From Podarcis cretensis (taxonomy: Eukaryota), in assembly GCA_951804945.1 (NCBI GenBank), contig OX638155.1, forward strand, positions 39,990,001 through 40,054,000: a DNA stretch of 64,000 nt, given 5' to 3'. A program made the position numbers and the translations under genes. Positions 61,439 through 64,000 of this stretch are shown one piece after another. The notes beneath the pieces are model-generated. The model did not search any database, was not told the origin of the DNA, and saw only the letters and a program-made list of their open reading frames with translations. How positions within the stretch are numbered: position 1 is the first letter of the stretch; every line of letters begins with the position of its first letter.

Positions 61439-63016
61439 AAACCCCACAAAGTCCCCTTCGTCGTCTGTGGTTCCGAATTCTTCCTCCCAGAATCTAGCTA
61501 GTGGTTTAGGTCTATCCGGGAATAAACTATGAAACTCTTCCACCAGATACCCGTCCATGATTGATTCCGCAGGGACCCAAGTGCTTTCCGACCTGGGTTC
61601 TCCCTCCCAGGCTACCAGGTACTCTACCTGGTGACCCCGCCACCTCGTATCGAGTATTTCCGTGGCTTCATTACAGAGTGCCCTCTCCTCTACCCGCGGA
61701 TGGGTGGTAACCCCTCCCTCCCTTCCTGGGAATTCCTGCCCCTCCCTGTACTGTGAGAGTAGGGACCTATGGAACACCGGATGTATCTTCATGCTATTGG
61801 GCAACTTGAGTTTGAACGCCACTGGGTTCACCTGCTGTATTACCTCAAAAGGCCCCAGTCACCTAGGCTACAACTTCTTGCACCCTCCCTTTAGGGGCAA
61901 CCCTTGGGACGACAACCACACCCGGTCTCCCACCCGTATGGCCTCCCCCTCCTGACGGTGCCTGCCTGCCTGCCTCTTGTAAACTTCCTTAGCCCTCTCC
62001 AAGTTCAGCCTGAGTTGCTGGTGTAAGGCCTCCATTTCTTCGGCAAATTGCTCGGCCGCAGGTACACTCCATCCTTCTTCCCCCCTCCCTGGGAAGGCCC
62101 TGGGGTGACACCCGTAATTGGCCATGAAAGGGCTCGATCCCGTGAACACGTGTTCAGCGTTGTTGTACGCAAATTCAGCCAAAGCCAATTTCTCTACCCA
62201 ATCGTTCTGCCTCTCGCTGACATAGCAGCGTAGGTACTGCTGGAGTATACCGTTCGCTCTTTCGGCCTGCCTGTTGGTTTCTGGGTGCCGTGCCATCGAG
62301 AAGCTCACCTCGACCTACAGCAAGCTCATGAGCCTCCGCCAGAACTGGGAAGTAAATTGTTTTCCGCGATCTGAGATTACCCTCATTGGGGTGCAAAGCT
62401 GCCTGAAAACGTGGTCCTCAAACAGCCTGGCTGTCTCCTCTGCCGACATTGCGTGCGAACATGCTACGAAATGGCACATTTTAGTCAGCAGATCGACCAC
62501 CATCATGACCGCTGTCTTCCCCCTTGACTTGGGCAGAGCTGTCATAAAATCAATGGACACCACCTCCCAGGGCCTTTCCGGTGTTGGTAAGGGTTCCAGT
62601 AACCCTGCGGGGGCGGTCCTTTCCCCCTTTGCCCTCTGGCACTGGTCGCACCCTCGTACATATTCTCGTACGTCCGCCCTCACCTTTGGCCACCAGAATT
62701 GCCTGGTAACTAGTAGCATGGTCTTGTGCTGTCCAAAGTGCCCAGCTGTTGGATTGTCATGGAGCTGCCTCAGTATTTTGCCCCTCAACGTCTCTCCTGG
62801 TACATACAGCGCCCCCTTGTAGTACAGTAGCCCTTCCTTTTCCGAAAACCCCCCATTGTCTCCCTTTCCACCTCTGAGCTCCCTGATTTTAGTCTGAGCA
62901 AACTCATCGTCTCGGGTGAGCCCTGCTAGCTCTCGTTTACCTACCAACGTTCCCCCACCCACCCACCGGTCCTCGGGGAACACGGGCCTGGCCTCCAGAG
63001 GCCCTTTCCCCTCCAT
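61439..63016 (-). pseudogene. gypsy integrase (HHCC, DDE core, GPF, chromodomain, acidic tail)
   Basis: Motifs LHDNPTAGHFG...CDQCQR, SIDF, ISDRG, QAERAN, LGPF, IHPVFHRSLL, EILDTRWRGHQVEYLVAWEG...STWVP. Confidence 0.95.
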
Positions 63017-63019
63017 GTA

Positions 63020-64000
63020 TTCCAGTTTTCTGGAGAGTGCATCCGCCCTAACATTTCCCCCCCGGCACGTATTGTATCTTGAAGAAAAACTTGGTGAACT
63101 CCTGGAACCATCTGATCTGTCTCTAGTTAAGCACTCGCGTGGTCCGCCAGTATTCCAAGTTCTTGTGGTCAGTTCGGACCTGGATCTTGTGCCGCGCCCC
63201 TATCAAGAGGTGTCTCCATTGACGAAATGCCAAGTAAATCGCAAGCAGTTCTCGGTCATACACTGTGTAGTTTTGCTCCGACTTACTCAGCTTCCGGGAG
63301 AAAAAGGCGCACGGTTTTCAGTTCTCCTTGGACCCGGGTTGCAACAATACTGCTCCAATGGCGCGGTCGGACGCATCTGTCTCCAGTCTCATGGGCTTCT
63401 CCGGATCCACGTGCAGGAGCTGCTCTTCCGAGGCGAACGCCTTCTTCAATTTCTCAAAGGATTGCTGCGCCTCCTCTGTCCATGTGAACTTCTTTTTACT
63501 ACTAAGACAATCCGTAATGGGTGCTGTCAAGTGGGCGAAGTTCCTTATGAACTTCCTGTAGAAGTTGCTGAAGCCTAGGAACCTCTGCACATCCTTTCGG
63601 TTTTTGGGGGCCTTCCATTCCAGCACTGCCTTCACCTTGCCTGGATCCATGGCCAGTCCCTTGTCTGACAACCTGTATCCTAGGAACTTGACCTCCCTAG
63701 CATGGAATTGGCATTTTTCCAGCTTGACCCACAACTGATACTTCTTCAATCTCTGTAGCACCTCCCGGACGTCCTTGACATGTTGCGCTTCATTCTCCGA
63801 ATATATTAAGACGTCATCCAAAAAGGCCATGCAATTCTTGTACAGCAGTGGCCCCAGCACATGGTGCATGAAGGATTGAAAGCAGGCGGACCCCGATTGT
63901 AATCCAAATGGCATAACTAAATACTCAAAAGCCCCCAGGTGGGTGAACATGGTCGTTTTCCATTCGTCCCCCTCCCGTATTCTAATCAGATTGTATGCCC
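63020..64000 (-). pseudogene. gypsy pol: reverse transcriptase and RNase H
   Basis: Motifs FEYLVMPFGL, AFLDDVLIYS, KCQF...[51 protein letters not shown]. Confidence 0.95.

Larger units (their letters stand above)
60802..64000 (-). mobile_element. Ty3/gypsy LTR retrotransposon (chromovirus type), 3' half; defective copy
   Basis: Domains appear in RT-RNaseH-IN-chromodomain order, followed by PPT and 3' LTR. In-frame stops (63123-63125, 61868-61870, 61859-61861) and frameshifts (~63315, ~63060, ~62310, ~61380) are present. Confidence 0.97.

Noticed and set aside
63808-63830. FLDD instead of YxDD in RT as a special feature
   Set aside because: F-x-DD variants occur among LTR retrotransposons and this copy is already defective, so it is uninformative without a family consensus.

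Overview
This is eukaryotic DNA, almost certainly from a squamate. The Sauria SINE, CR1, Squam-type SINE remnants and Tigger/hAT MITEs suggest a lizard, possibly a lacertid. The window lies within the minus-strand gene CCDC102B. Six coding exons were reconstructed from GT-AG sites and consistent reading phase (60736-60161, 60057-59840, 58007-57899, 48214-48098, 41659-41450, 9668-9498; 467 codons), and the terminal exon was not found. The introns are rich in transposable elements. These include the 3' half of a defective chromovirus-type Ty3/gypsy element whose 3' LTR ends about 35 nt upstream of the acceptor of the ATG-containing exon, three short (1.1-1.8 kb) L1-type non-autonomous retroelements, a miniature Ty1/copia remnant, CR1/L1/L2 fragments, a Sauria SINE and many MITEs with clean TSDs. 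The leading findings are: (1) the gypsy integrase tail pairs a chromodomain lacking two aromatic-cage residues with an acidic FxGF motif (FWEEEFGTTDDEGDFVGF) resembling the LEDGF/TND-interacting motif (IBM/TIM), a possible host-factor tethering system; (2) a MITE carries about 12 tandem 89-bp units, nearly all folding into a ~70-nt pre-miRNA-sized hairpin; (3) the HAL1-like short L1 derivatives carry ETS, YY1, CTCF and TGIF/MEIS motifs. There are two N-gaps. No prokaryotic features, tRNA/rRNA genes or CRISPR arrays were found.
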